A DNA stretch of 54,602 nt from a virus, in the IMG/VR virus record IMGVR_UViG_3300011438_000003, positions 1 to 54,602 of that record. One strand, written 5' to 3'. This document shows, piece after piece, positions 7,871 through 15,232 of this stretch. The notes below the pieces were generated by a model, which was given only the letters and a program-made list of their open reading frames with translations, was not told the DNA's origin and searched no databases. Position numbers and translations under genes: made by a program. The first letter of the stretch is position 1. Each line of letters opens with the position of its first letter.

Positions 7871-8492
7871 CTTCGATTGGCATAAGTCGAAGCACCACCC
7901 GCTGCCCGTGCTCATTCTTCAGCACACGAATGCTCCGGCTGGCAGCCTTATCAGTCGTCTCTATGAAGCCCTTGCGCACGAGCGCCCGCAGGTGATCGTT
8001 TACTGCGTTGGTAGATGTGACGCCGATGCGCCGCCCGATCTCGCGCATACTCGGCGGTACGCCTTCAGCCTCAATCGACTCACAGATGAACTTGAGCACT
8101 TCCAGTTGACGCGCCGTCAGTGCCCTCGATCCGTCAGCTGTCCACTCGACCGGACCGCGCACGGCCTGGCGCCTGTTGACGCCTTGAATTACAGGCAACG
8201 CCCATCGGCAATTGCCGGGTTCGTAGTTACCGTTGGTGTCGATGCGGTCGATCGAGTGGCGGTTGCTAGGGCGCGGGCCCATGTCCAACATGAACTGATC
8301 AAAACTGTCTCGCCAGCACTCGTGAACGACAATGCCCCGGCCACCATAGTTGGTATGTGGTGTCGGGCCGTGACACCGCGAGATCATCCCGCGCCAAATG
8401 CCGTGCTCACGGTCGAGCTTCCTAGAAGCTATCAACGGCCCGTTTGGCATGTTCCGAAACCGCGCGTCGAGGAAAGAGAGGTTCATTTCCAT
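7848..8492 (-). CDS. Fusion of degenerate HNH/AP2-like module B with a LexA-type winged-HTH domain (no S24 peptidase), 214 aa. First gene of the leftward block
   Basis: N-terminus: 'WRGMISRC...YGGRGIVVHECW...FMLDMGPRP...SIDRIDTNGNYEPGNCRW'. C-terminus: 'LTARQLEVLKFICESIEAEGVPPSMREIGRRIGVTSTNAVNDHLRALVRKGFI' matches the LexA N-terminal DNA-binding domain. GAGGG SD upstream. Confidence 0.7.
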   Translation of the reverse strand: MEMNLSFLDARFRNMPNGPLIASRKLDREHGIWRGMISRCHGPTPHTNYGGRGIVVHECWRDSFDQFMLDMGPRPSNRHSIDRIDTNGNYEPGNCRWALPVIQGVNRRQAVRGPVEWTADGSRALTARQLEVLKFICESIEAEGVPPSMREIGRRIGVTSTNAVNDHLRALVRKGFIETTDKAASRSIRVLKNEHGQRVVLRLMPIEDGERVGT

Positions 8493-8585
8493 TTTGCTAA
8501 ACCCTCGTTCAGTTGACGGTCTTCACTGGCGGCCGCACCTTCCCAGGCACTTAAGAAGGCTTGGCTTTCTTGGCGGTGCCCATGC

Positions 8586-8600
8586 GAATTCTCAGAATTC
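8586..8600. promoter_or_regulatory. Perfect 15-bp AT-rich palindrome GAATTCT-C-AGAATTC in the divergent gap 8493-8728 (candidate operator)
   Basis: Read directly. 94 bp upstream of the first leftward gene. Confidence 0.5.
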
Positions 8601-8728
8601 ATCCCCGGCGGGGACCACGCGAAGATCCGCCCGCCGCTCGAACGTTCGGCCGAAGACGTGGCGCTGGGGGAGCGCCGTGACACGGCCGGCAAAAGGTGCT
8701 CCCATAGCCCGATCGGGAGGTGTGTACG

Positions 8729-9148
8729 ATGCGACGATTGATGATCCTGGCGGTGGCGGTGGGGTGCTCGGGGAGTGGTCCGTCCGAGCCCGTGGGCCCG
8801 TGCGCGGCACGCAACGGCACTTACTCGACGAGCTACACGACTCGGTCCGGGGATTGCGGCACCCGCCCCGAGCAGCTCTTCGTTGTGCACCCCGGAGACG
8901 ATGTGGCGGCTGTTGCGAAGGCTGCCGGGTGTACCGGGAAGTGGTCGAACACCGCCGACGGTTGCAGGGTGACGACCGAACTGACGTGCCCCGGGGCAAC
9001 CGGCTACTCGGTTCACACGGTGGATGTCGCGGACTGGGCGAAGGATGGCGCCACGGGCCGCGCGACCGAGCAACTCACCATCAGCGATGCCGCGACCGGG
9101 CTGATCCAGTGCAGCGGGACGTACGACCTGACGTTCTCGCGACTCTAG
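8729..9148 (+). CDS. Predicted lipoprotein (moron-like, opposite strand to its neighbours), 139 aa
   Basis: 'MRRLMILAVAVGCSG' gives a signal peptide plus lipobox. GGGAGG SD 8 nt upstream of ATG 8729. Cys-rich mature part. Confidence 0.7.
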   Translation: MRRLMILAVAVGCSGSGPSEPVGPCAARNGTYSTSYTTRSGDCGTRPEQLFVVHPGDDVAAVAKAAGCTGKWSNTADGCRVTTELTCPGATGYSVHTVDVADWAKDGATGRATEQLTISDAATGLIQCSGTYDLTFSRL

Positions 9149-9264
9149 CATCGGACCGCCGTGCGTGTGGCAATCGCGCCCCACGTTGTAGAAATCTTCA
9201 GATTCGTCATCCGGTTCGGAACATTCTTCCCGCTAGCGGTGTTTTTCATGCTCGGCGCTGGGGG

Positions 9265-9558
9265 CTAGCGAGCGGTTGGCTTGCGGCTCTTGGCGACTGC
9301 TGCGGCCACCGTCCGAACGGTGGGGGAAGGACCGACGCCGGAGATGAGCCAATCGAGCGACAGGCCGAAGACTCTGGCGATGCGTTCGGAGACCATCGAA
9401 CCTGGGTCGGGTCTGTCTCCCGACTCGATGCGGGAGCAGTACCCGGGGGAGACGCCGATCAGCTTGTCGAGCTCTCGTGCGCTTATCCCGGCCAGCTCGC
9501 GAGCTGCTTCCAATCGTTTCCCTATCCCACGGCTCAAGTCCCTTACGGTTGCCAGCAT
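9265..9558 (-). CDS. XRE-family HTH repressor (CI-like, no peptidase domain), 97 aa
   Basis: 'IGKRLEAARELAGISARELDKLIGVSPGYCSRIESGDR...ARVFGLSLDWLISGVG' is a typical HTH_3 domain. ATG 9558 is chosen over 9618 on domain spacing. No SD upstream. Confidence 0.75.
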   Translation of the reverse strand: MLATVRDLSRGIGKRLEAARELAGISARELDKLIGVSPGYCSRIESGDRPDPGSMVSERIARVFGLSLDWLISGVGPSPTVRTVAAAVAKSRKPTAR

Positions 9559-9564
9559 CGTGCG

Positions 9565-9592
9565 GACTAAAGTACACAGTACGACTTTAGTC
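9565..9592. promoter_or_regulatory. Inverted repeat GACTAAAGT-N10-ACTTTAGTC between the divergent XRE genes (candidate operator)
   Basis: Read directly. Lies 7 nt upstream of the CI-like start codon. Confidence 0.7.
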
Positions 9593-9661
9593 GTCAAGCG
9601 GGAATCGGCGTCGACCATCCGCGCTGGTGACTTTGGTCGTCGGCTGCGCGATGATGGCGCG

Positions 9662-10018
9662 GTGCCGAAGCCTTATGCGTGGCGGACCCTAGAGGGGCGA
9701 ATCCGTTGGATTATTGAGCAGGCGGAAGAGCGCGGTTTGAACCCGAGCGTTCTCAGTGTGAGGGCAGGGGCCAGCCGCGGATATCTTTCTCGCATCCCTC
9801 GCAAGCTGGAGAATCCGAAGGCCGACATGGGGATCCGTCTGCTTACCCGAACCTGCGAGGTTGCTGGGTTTGACCTCGGCTGGGTGGTAACGGGGGCCGG
9901 ATACCCCGATGAGGCCACCAAGCGTCTCTACGAGAAGGACGACGCGGCTGGTCAAGCGCTCCTCTCCGACGTGGTCCCCGTGGTACCGCCCCATAAGAAG
10001 CGCCGTACGGCCCACTAA
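9662..10018 (+). CDS. Second XRE-family HTH protein (Cro-like side of the switch), about 118 aa. GTG start uncertain
   Basis: 'ERGLNPSVLSVRAGASRGYLSRIPRK...AGFDLGWVVTGAG'. The upstream part of ORF 9281..10018 is antisense to the CI-like gene. The only in-frame canonical start after 9592 is GTG 9662. Confidence 0.55.
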   Translation: MPKPYAWRTLEGRIRWIIEQAEERGLNPSVLSVRAGASRGYLSRIPRKLENPKADMGIRLLTRTCEVAGFDLGWVVTGAGYPDEATKRLYEKDDAAGQALLSDVVPVVPPHKKRRTAH

Positions 10019-10100
10019 CCCCCGGGTAGCTGGCCCCACCTGGCCAGGCCGTTAACCCCAGGTTTAGGGGGCATGTCGATTTTTGTGCATTTGGCTTGCC

Positions 10101-10128
10101 GACTTTAGTCAACGTGTGTACTTTAGTC
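10101..10128 (+). promoter_or_regulatory. Two direct copies of (G)ACTTTAGTC (10101-10110 and 10120-10128) abutting ATG 10132. Candidate operator or promoter of the rightward early block
   Basis: Read directly. The 13-mer ACTTTAGTCGTCA is shared with 9584-9596. Confidence 0.65.
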
Positions 10129-10131
10129 GTC

Positions 10132-10539
10132 ATGAGCAAGCGATATTACTTCGGGCTCGCACGGCGGGCAGAGCGGCGTGATGCGGCGGTTGCCGCGCAA
10201 GCTACTGGTTTACAGGGAGCGTCGGGTGATGGGACGGCCGCAAGGCATGCCAAGCCCAGTGCGAAAGCGCTCCCTCTCGAAGCGGGCCGAATGATCAACG
10301 GCAGCGCAGGCCGGGCGTTGGAGAATAGCCAACCGCTCCCTGTAAGCCAGCAGAAACGCCGCGGTCCGCAACTGTCCCGCGAGCAACGCGCCCGCGTGCG
10401 GTCGATGATCGAAGACGAGGGGCAGACGCGCGCCGAGGCCGTGGCTTGGGTGTTGGCGTTCGAGCCCGCCACGGAGCCGCACAGTAACGACTGCCGGGTT
10501 TCGCTTCTCGGCGACATCTCGCTGGACGGTGCGCGATGA
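10132..10539 (+). CDS. Hypothetical protein, 135 aa. First gene of the rightward early block
   Basis: ATG 10132 of ORF 10096..10539. No SD, and the motif copy ends 3 nt upstream. Confidence 0.55.
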   Translation: MSKRYYFGLARRAERRDAAVAAQATGLQGASGDGTAARHAKPSAKALPLEAGRMINGSAGRALENSQPLPVSQQKRRGPQLSREQRARVRSMIEDEGQTRAEAVAWVLAFEPATEPHSNDCRVSLLGDISLDGAR

Positions 10540-10763
10540 GTACCTCCGCCTTTGGCATAGAGCGCGTGTATCTCGCTAGCCACATTCGTCGCGGTCGCCA
10601 GGCCACGTCGCCGACGTGGCAGGTTCGAACCGGCGGCTTCTTATGGCGCTTTCAGCGAATGGCCGATGCCGTTCGCTTCGTTGCAACCGGCGCGGAGTGT
10701 CCCAGCCACGAGCCGCTCTGCTGTCGCAACTGCCGCGGGCAACGCTCATTGGAGGACGCATGA
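10536..10763 (+). CDS. Hypothetical Cys-containing protein, 75 aa
   Basis: ATGA overlaps at both ends. Confidence 0.5.
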   Translation: MSTSAFGIERVYLASHIRRGRQATSPTWQVRTGGFLWRFQRMADAVRFVATGAECPSHEPLCCRNCRGQRSLEDA

Positions 10764-10963
10764 TCTCCCCCGGCAGCACCGAAGCGACGGTCGACTTCGA
10801 GCTAGCGCTTGAGCGGTTCGATGCGGCGCTACCGAGCGCGGGCGACATGCAGGTTTATCGCGCACGGCAAGCGCTCATGCAGGAAGCGCGGCGGCTCGCG
10901 CGCAGTTTCGCGGAGCGGCTTGATGCATTGGAAGCAGTTCACCAAGGGGAGATCTCGAAATGA
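10760..10963 (+). CDS. Hypothetical protein, 67 aa
   Basis: Internal ATG of ORF 10616..10963, in an ATGA overlap. Confidence 0.5.
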   Translation: MISPGSTEATVDFELALERFDAALPSAGDMQVYRARQALMQEARRLARSFAERLDALEAVHQGEISK

Positions 10964-11274
10964 CCGCCGCAGACCGCATCAATTCATCGTTCGAGCACTT
11001 CATGGCCGGCAGGCTCGTAGCCCGCCGCACCGAAGCAGCGCGGCACCCCGTTGACGTTCTCCCGCTGCGCTTCGTCTTCGAAGTCTCCGGTCTTCGCGGT
11101 GAGCTGTTCGCCATCATCTGCCATGTCACCGACGACGGCGGGCGGTTGATCGTCGACATCGAGCCGGGGCAGCAGTGGACAATGAAGGCGACGGGGTTCG
11201 AAGACGACGCCGAGCGGTGGGGTGATTGGCTTGTGGGCGAAGGGATTCGTAGCTGGTTGAGGAAAGGAATCTGA
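10960..11274 (+). CDS. Hypothetical protein, 104 aa
   Basis: ATGA overlap. Balanced composition. Confidence 0.6.
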   Translation: MTAADRINSSFEHFMAGRLVARRTEAARHPVDVLPLRFVFEVSGLRGELFAIICHVTDDGGRLIVDIEPGQQWTMKATGFEDDAERWGDWLVGEGIRSWLRKGI

Positions 11275-11276
11275 CG

Positions 11277-11495
11277 ATGCATTCTCGAAACAAGAGCGGA
11301 CCGACACTCAAGCAGAATATCGAGCGCATTCTCGCCGAGTGCGACCTGCCGCCCGAGGCGATGGGCGTGCTCAAAAGCTGGCACCTCGCCGTGATTCTCG
11401 ACGCCGTGCGGGCTGGTGCTTCACCGCAGCTCGCCCGCTGCGCCGTGCTCGACGTTGCGGGGGAAGCTTGCCCGGATTCGGCGAGGTCGGCGTGA
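11277..11495 (+). CDS. Hypothetical protein, 72 aa
   Basis: ATG 2 nt after the previous stop. The stop overlaps the next GTG. Confidence 0.55.
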   Translation: MHSRNKSGPTLKQNIERILAECDLPPEAMGVLKSWHLAVILDAVRAGASPQLARCAVLDVAGEACPDSARSA

Positions 11496-11911
11496 GCGAC
11501 TGGACCGACCAGGCGGAGAAGATCGCCGCCGATAAAGGGCTAATCGTGGTCCGCCCGCAGCCGAACGAGCTGTTTGTCGACATTGACGATGCGGATGGCC
11601 ACGCGGTGTTCGTGAAGCATCTTCCCATCCTTGGGGAGCTGGTAGCGAGCCACACGATCGCGCCGAGTCCAAGCGGCGGCGCCTATCGCTTCCACGCTAG
11701 GGTGATGTTGTCGCGCAACGTCTTCGACGAACTGGAGCGCGTCTTTCTGCAAACGTTGCTCGGCTCGGACCGGTTGCACGAGGTTCTGAGCTGGCGCGCG
11801 GCGACGCGAGGCGTAACCGGCGTGACCGTGTTCTTCGAGAAACCTACCAACGGAGTGGCGCTGCAAGCCGCCACTGAGAAGCCGATAGATGCAACGGAGA
11901 TCCCATGGTGA
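11492..11911 (+). CDS. Hypothetical protein, 139 aa (GTG start)
   Basis: GTGA overlap at 11492-11495. In frame with ORF 11339..11911, whose upstream part is R-rich. Confidence 0.55.
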   Translation: MSDWTDQAEKIAADKGLIVVRPQPNELFVDIDDADGHAVFVKHLPILGELVASHTIAPSPSGGAYRFHARVMLSRNVFDELERVFLQTLLGSDRLHEVLSWRAATRGVTGVTVFFEKPTNGVALQAATEKPIDATEIPW

Positions 11912-12324
11912 GACGACACGGGTTGCGCGGGATGCGCTCCAGATACCTCAATGCACAAATCGCCATGAATCGCGCCGACGACGCGACCGAAGCTGGGCTC
12001 TTCGAGCTTGCCATTCGCGAGTACGGCACGGCGATCGAGGCATTCCGCGCCGACTTCGAAGAGCGGCGCGACCCTCGGTCGAACATGCTGCGCGAGCGCT
12101 GCGAAGCGGCCATCGCGGCGCTGTCGCCGAAAGACGTGGTTGCTGAAAAGCAAGGGTCCGTCCCACCGACGCCGGTACTCGGTTCCGCGAAAACCGGCAC
12201 TTCTCCCACTCCGCTCGCGCGCACCGAGCCCGAGCCGGACTGGGCGGAGAGCTTCGCCACGCAGCAAGCGGTGCTCGACGGCACCAACGCACTCTACGGA
12301 CCAAGCGAAAGGCGGACGAAGTGA
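11905..12324 (+). CDS. Hypothetical protein, 139 aa
   Basis: ORF with a 7-nt overlap to the previous gene. Helical N-terminal half. Confidence 0.55.
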   Translation: MVRRHGLRGMRSRYLNAQIAMNRADDATEAGLFELAIREYGTAIEAFRADFEERRDPRSNMLRERCEAAIAALSPKDVVAEKQGSVPPTPVLGSAKTGTSPTPLARTEPEPDWAESFATQQAVLDGTNALYGPSERRTK

Positions 12325-13775
12325 AACTGTTGCTCATTGACCTGTCGAGCGTCTTCTATCCTGCATGGCACATGAGAGACGGGAAGGACACCAACTTCCC
12401 CTACCAGGTGACGATCGAGCGCGTTCGAACGCTTGCCGCGCCGCATGATCACGTTGCCGTGCTTTGCGACTCCGGGCGATCGTTCCGCAAGGACATCTCG
12501 CCCGAGTACAAGGCGAACCGACCCGACAAGGACGAGGCGCTTATCGACCAGATCACGCGCGCCGAAGAGACACTCGCCAAAGACGGCTACCTCGTTCTGC
12601 GCGCGCCCGGCTTCGAGGCTGACGACTTGATCGCCACGATGGTCGCGTGGGCTGACCCGCAGGATCAGATCGAGACCACGGTCGCATCGTCGGACAAGGA
12701 TTTGCTTTCTCTCGTGGACGAACGCGTGCGCATCTACAGCCTAACGAAGGGCGTCACGCTCGGTATTCCCGATGTCGAAGCGAAGTTCGGGGTCAAGCCG
12801 TGGCAGATGCGCGATTTTTTGGCGTTGTGCGGTGACAGCTCGGACAACGTGCGCGGGATTCCTGGCGTTGGCCCGAAGACAGCCGCGAAGCTGCTTACCG
12901 ACTTCGGCGACATTGCTGGGATCTATTCGGCACTGAAGCAAGCGCCCGACGACGTGGCGACGCCGAGTGTGCGCAAGGCGCTGGCGGAAAACGTGGGTAA
13001 CCTCGACATCGCGATCAAGCTCGTAACGCTGCGCACGGACGCTCCGATCGACTGCGCTGCGGTGCTCTTGCCGCGCGAGGTCAAGCCGCTGGCTCAAGTC
13101 AACGAAGGCGAATTCACAGAGGAGGAAGACGTGGAAACGGACCCAACGAATCAGGCGAAGAGCGAACCAACGACCGCAATGACCAACACCGTAACGGACC
13201 TTCCGAAGCCGGCAACCGCCATCCAGCGCGCAAAGCTCGAAGAGGCTCCCGCGCCCGAAGATTGGGACAAGGCGCTCGAGCCGCGCACGCCAGGCCAGGC
13301 CGTTGTGATGGCTGGCAAGCTCTTCGATTCGCGGATGTTCGCCGGCTACGGCAACGAGAACGCCGTGCTTTCCACCATCCTGCTCGGCCGAGAGCTTGGC
13401 ATCGGCGCCATGGGCAGCCTTCGCGGAATCCACAATATAAAGGGGAAACACGCTCTTTCGGCTGACCTCATGGCCGCGCTCGTGATCCAGTCGGGGAAGG
13501 CGAAGTTCTTCGAGCCTGTGCTGCTCACGGCAACCAAGGCGACCTACCGCACGCATCGGATTGGCTCCGAGAAGCCCTTCGAGATGACCTTCGACTTCGA
13601 AGAGGCTCGTGTAGCTGGGCTCGTGAAGGACGATTCTGGCTGGGCCAAGTGGCCGATCGACATGTGCAAGGCGCGTTGTATCGCGCGGCTGGCGCGCACC
13701 ATCTACCCGGATGTTTGCTTCGGGTTGTACGTGCAGGAAGAGCTGGAGAGCATCAACGAAAGGGCGGCGGCGTGA
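12321..13775 (+). CDS. Fusion protein: FEN-type 5'-3' exonuclease (PIN + H3TH), acidic linker, then RecT-like single-strand annealing domain, 484 aa
   Basis: N-terminus: 'LLLIDLSSVFY', 'FRKDISPEYKANR', 'GFEADDLIAT', 'SSDKDLLSL', 'GDSSDNVRGIPGVGPKTAAKLL' (Pol I 5'-nuclease/FEN motifs). C-terminus: 'ILLGRELGIGAMGSLRGIHNIKGKHALSADLMAALVIQSGK...WAKWPIDMCKARCIARLARTIYPDV' (RecT-family pattern). GTG start in a GTGA overlap. Confidence 0.8.
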   Translation: MKLLLIDLSSVFYPAWHMRDGKDTNFPYQVTIERVRTLAAPHDHVAVLCDSGRSFRKDISPEYKANRPDKDEALIDQITRAEETLAKDGYLVLRAPGFEADDLIATMVAWADPQDQIETTVASSDKDLLSLVDERVRIYSLTKGVTLGIPDVEAKFGVKPWQMRDFLALCGDSSDNVRGIPGVGPKTAAKLLTDFGDIAGIYSALKQAPDDVATPSVRKALAENVGNLDIAIKLVTLRTDAPIDCAAVLLPREVKPLAQVNEGEFTEEEDVETDPTNQAKSEPTTAMTNTVTDLPKPATAIQRAKLEEAPAPEDWDKALEPRTPGQAVVMAGKLFDSRMFAGYGNENAVLSTILLGRELGIGAMGSLRGIHNIKGKHALSADLMAALVIQSGKAKFFEPVLLTATKATYRTHRIGSEKPFEMTFDFEEARVAGLVKDDSGWAKWPIDMCKARCIARLARTIYPDVCFGLYVQEELESINERAAA

Positions 13776-14275
13776 TGGGCGGCCCGAGGAATCCAGACGT
13801 TACCGTCGAGGACGAGAAGACCGTGGCGGCGCTGCTCCGGCTGATTCTCGACGAGATGAAAAAGCTCAACGCTGCTGCTTCGCGCCGAGCCGCAGCGACG
13901 AACGGCGCCACCGTTGCGTCCGACTACGATCTGGATAGCCAGTACGGTGACGAACAGGTCAAGTTCTCGCCGCGGGACTGGACGGGCGCCGACATCAAAG
14001 GGCTACCGATGAGCAACTGCCCGCCCGAAGCGCTCGATCTGCTGGCCAACGCGTTCGACTTCTTTGCGAAGAAGAACGAAGGCAAGATGACCGACAAGGG
14101 GAAGCCAAAAAGCGACTTCGACAAGCGCTCCGCCTCGCGCGCCCGAGGGTGGGCCATTCGGTTGCGCGCCGGTTGGAAGCCGCGCCAGGCGTCAACGTCG
14201 ACAAGCAGCGGCGCCGACTTCGATGACGCCAGCTTCGAGCCCGACGAGTTCGGCGACGCAATGCCTGACCTATGA
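13775..14275 (+). CDS. Hypothetical protein with an acidic C-terminal tail, 166 aa
   Basis: The ATG shares 1 nt with the previous stop. Tail is 'ADFDDASFEPDEFGDAMPDL'. Confidence 0.6.
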   Translation: MGGPRNPDVTVEDEKTVAALLRLILDEMKKLNAAASRRAAATNGATVASDYDLDSQYGDEQVKFSPRDWTGADIKGLPMSNCPPEALDLLANAFDFFAKKNEGKMTDKGKPKSDFDKRSASRARGWAIRLRAGWKPRQASTSTSSGADFDDASFEPDEFGDAMPDL

Positions 14276-14535
14276 ACGCCGCAGCAAACTGTAATGGGGA
14301 CGACATGCCGTCGCCCTTGGAAATCACCCTTCGCAAGAGTTTGAGGAAGACCATGCCCCCGCCCCCCGCAACGACGACACCGCCCGCCGACAAGAAGCGC
14401 AAGCCGCGCGCCGCGAACTGGATGCGCGACGCGAAGCAGCTCACCGACACCCTTTCGCTGTACTCGGCCGAGAAGCGGCAGAAGCTGATCGACTTCGTGC
14501 TCGCTGGGCTTAGTAGCGGAGTGGAAGACCTGTGA
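14272..14535 (+). CDS. Hypothetical protein, 87 aa
   Basis: ATGA overlap. Confidence 0.5.
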   Translation: MNAAANCNGDDMPSPLEITLRKSLRKTMPPPPATTTPPADKKRKPRAANWMRDAKQLTDTLSLYSAEKRQKLIDFVLAGLSSGVEDL

Positions 14536-15044
14536 CTCTCGTAAGCAAACTTGAACGGCAGTTCTTGGGGGCTCGCATCGATGCCAGCCTGCAAACCAAG
14601 CTCGGCGAGTTTCACCGCGCAATGGGCGTGCCTATCCTGCCCACGCCACAGGTGCCGAGCGACGACCGTGTGCGGCTCCGATGCCGGCTCATTCTCGAGG
14701 AGTGCCTCGAGTTCATCGAGTCTTGCGTCGACGTAGGAGAAGGTCAGCCGTGGCACGTATCCTTCAAAAGCGCTGCCCTGAACTTCGCCGCAGCGATTGA
14801 CAAGTCAGCCGTGCGCGTCGATCTGCCCCTGGCAGCCGATGCGCTCGCTGACATCGCATATGTCGTCGAAGGGTCGAACCTGGAGTTCGGAATCGACTCG
14901 GGCCCTGTGCTCGACGAAGTGCAGCGCGCAAACATGGCCAAGGCGAATGGTCCAAGGCGCGCGGACGGGAAGGTCATGAAGCCAGAAGGGTGGACGGCGC
15001 CCGACATCGCCGGAGTACTTGAAAGGCAGAAGGCCGAACAGTGA
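14532..15044 (+). CDS. MazG-like nucleotide pyrophosphohydrolase, 170 aa
   Basis: 'LGEFHRAMGVP', 'RLRCRLILEECLEFIE', 'DALADIAYVVEGSNLEFGID', 'EVQRANMAKANG....DGKVMKPEGWTAPDI' match the all-alpha NTP-PPase (MazG/HisE-like) phage family. GTG start. Confidence 0.7.
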   Translation: MTLVSKLERQFLGARIDASLQTKLGEFHRAMGVPILPTPQVPSDDRVRLRCRLILEECLEFIESCVDVGEGQPWHVSFKSAALNFAAAIDKSAVRVDLPLAADALADIAYVVEGSNLEFGIDSGPVLDEVQRANMAKANGPRRADGKVMKPEGWTAPDIAGVLERQKAEQ

Positions 15045-15232
15045 ATTTAACCGAGCTCGTAGATCTCCTCTTCACCCCGATGTCGCCGTGCGCGTACGCG
15101 AAGCTAGCGGCGCGCGCGTCGGCGGAGACTCAACTCGCATTGATCGGGCTGCGGCTAAGTTGGAAAGTACTTTCTCGCGCGCGCGACGTGTCGGCGGGCT
15201 CGGCGTTGGAGTACCGGATTATCAGCTCATGA
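15041..15232 (+). CDS. Hypothetical protein, 63 aa (GTG start)
   Basis: It fills the gap exactly, with a GTGA overlap at 15041 and an ATGA overlap at 15229. Confidence 0.4.
   Translation: MNLTELVDLLFTPMSPCAYAKLAARASAETQLALIGLRLSWKVLSRARDVSAGSALEYRIISS

Noticed and set aside
9229-9246. Intrinsic terminator after the lipoprotein gene (CCGCTAGCGG followed by TGTTTTT)
   Set aside because: The palindrome can form only a 3-4 bp stem, which is too weak to call. It is kept only as a remote possibility.
8398-9570. 390-aa plus-strand ORF spanning the immunity region
   Set aside because: R/G/A-rich low-complexity translation. It overlaps the well-supported lipoprotein gene in another frame and is antisense to the CI-like gene.
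10055-10090. Terminator-like CCCC-AGGTTTA-GGGG followed by a T-run after the Cro-like gene
   Set aside because: The stem is only 4 bp and the T-run lies about 9 nt away, so it is not convincing.
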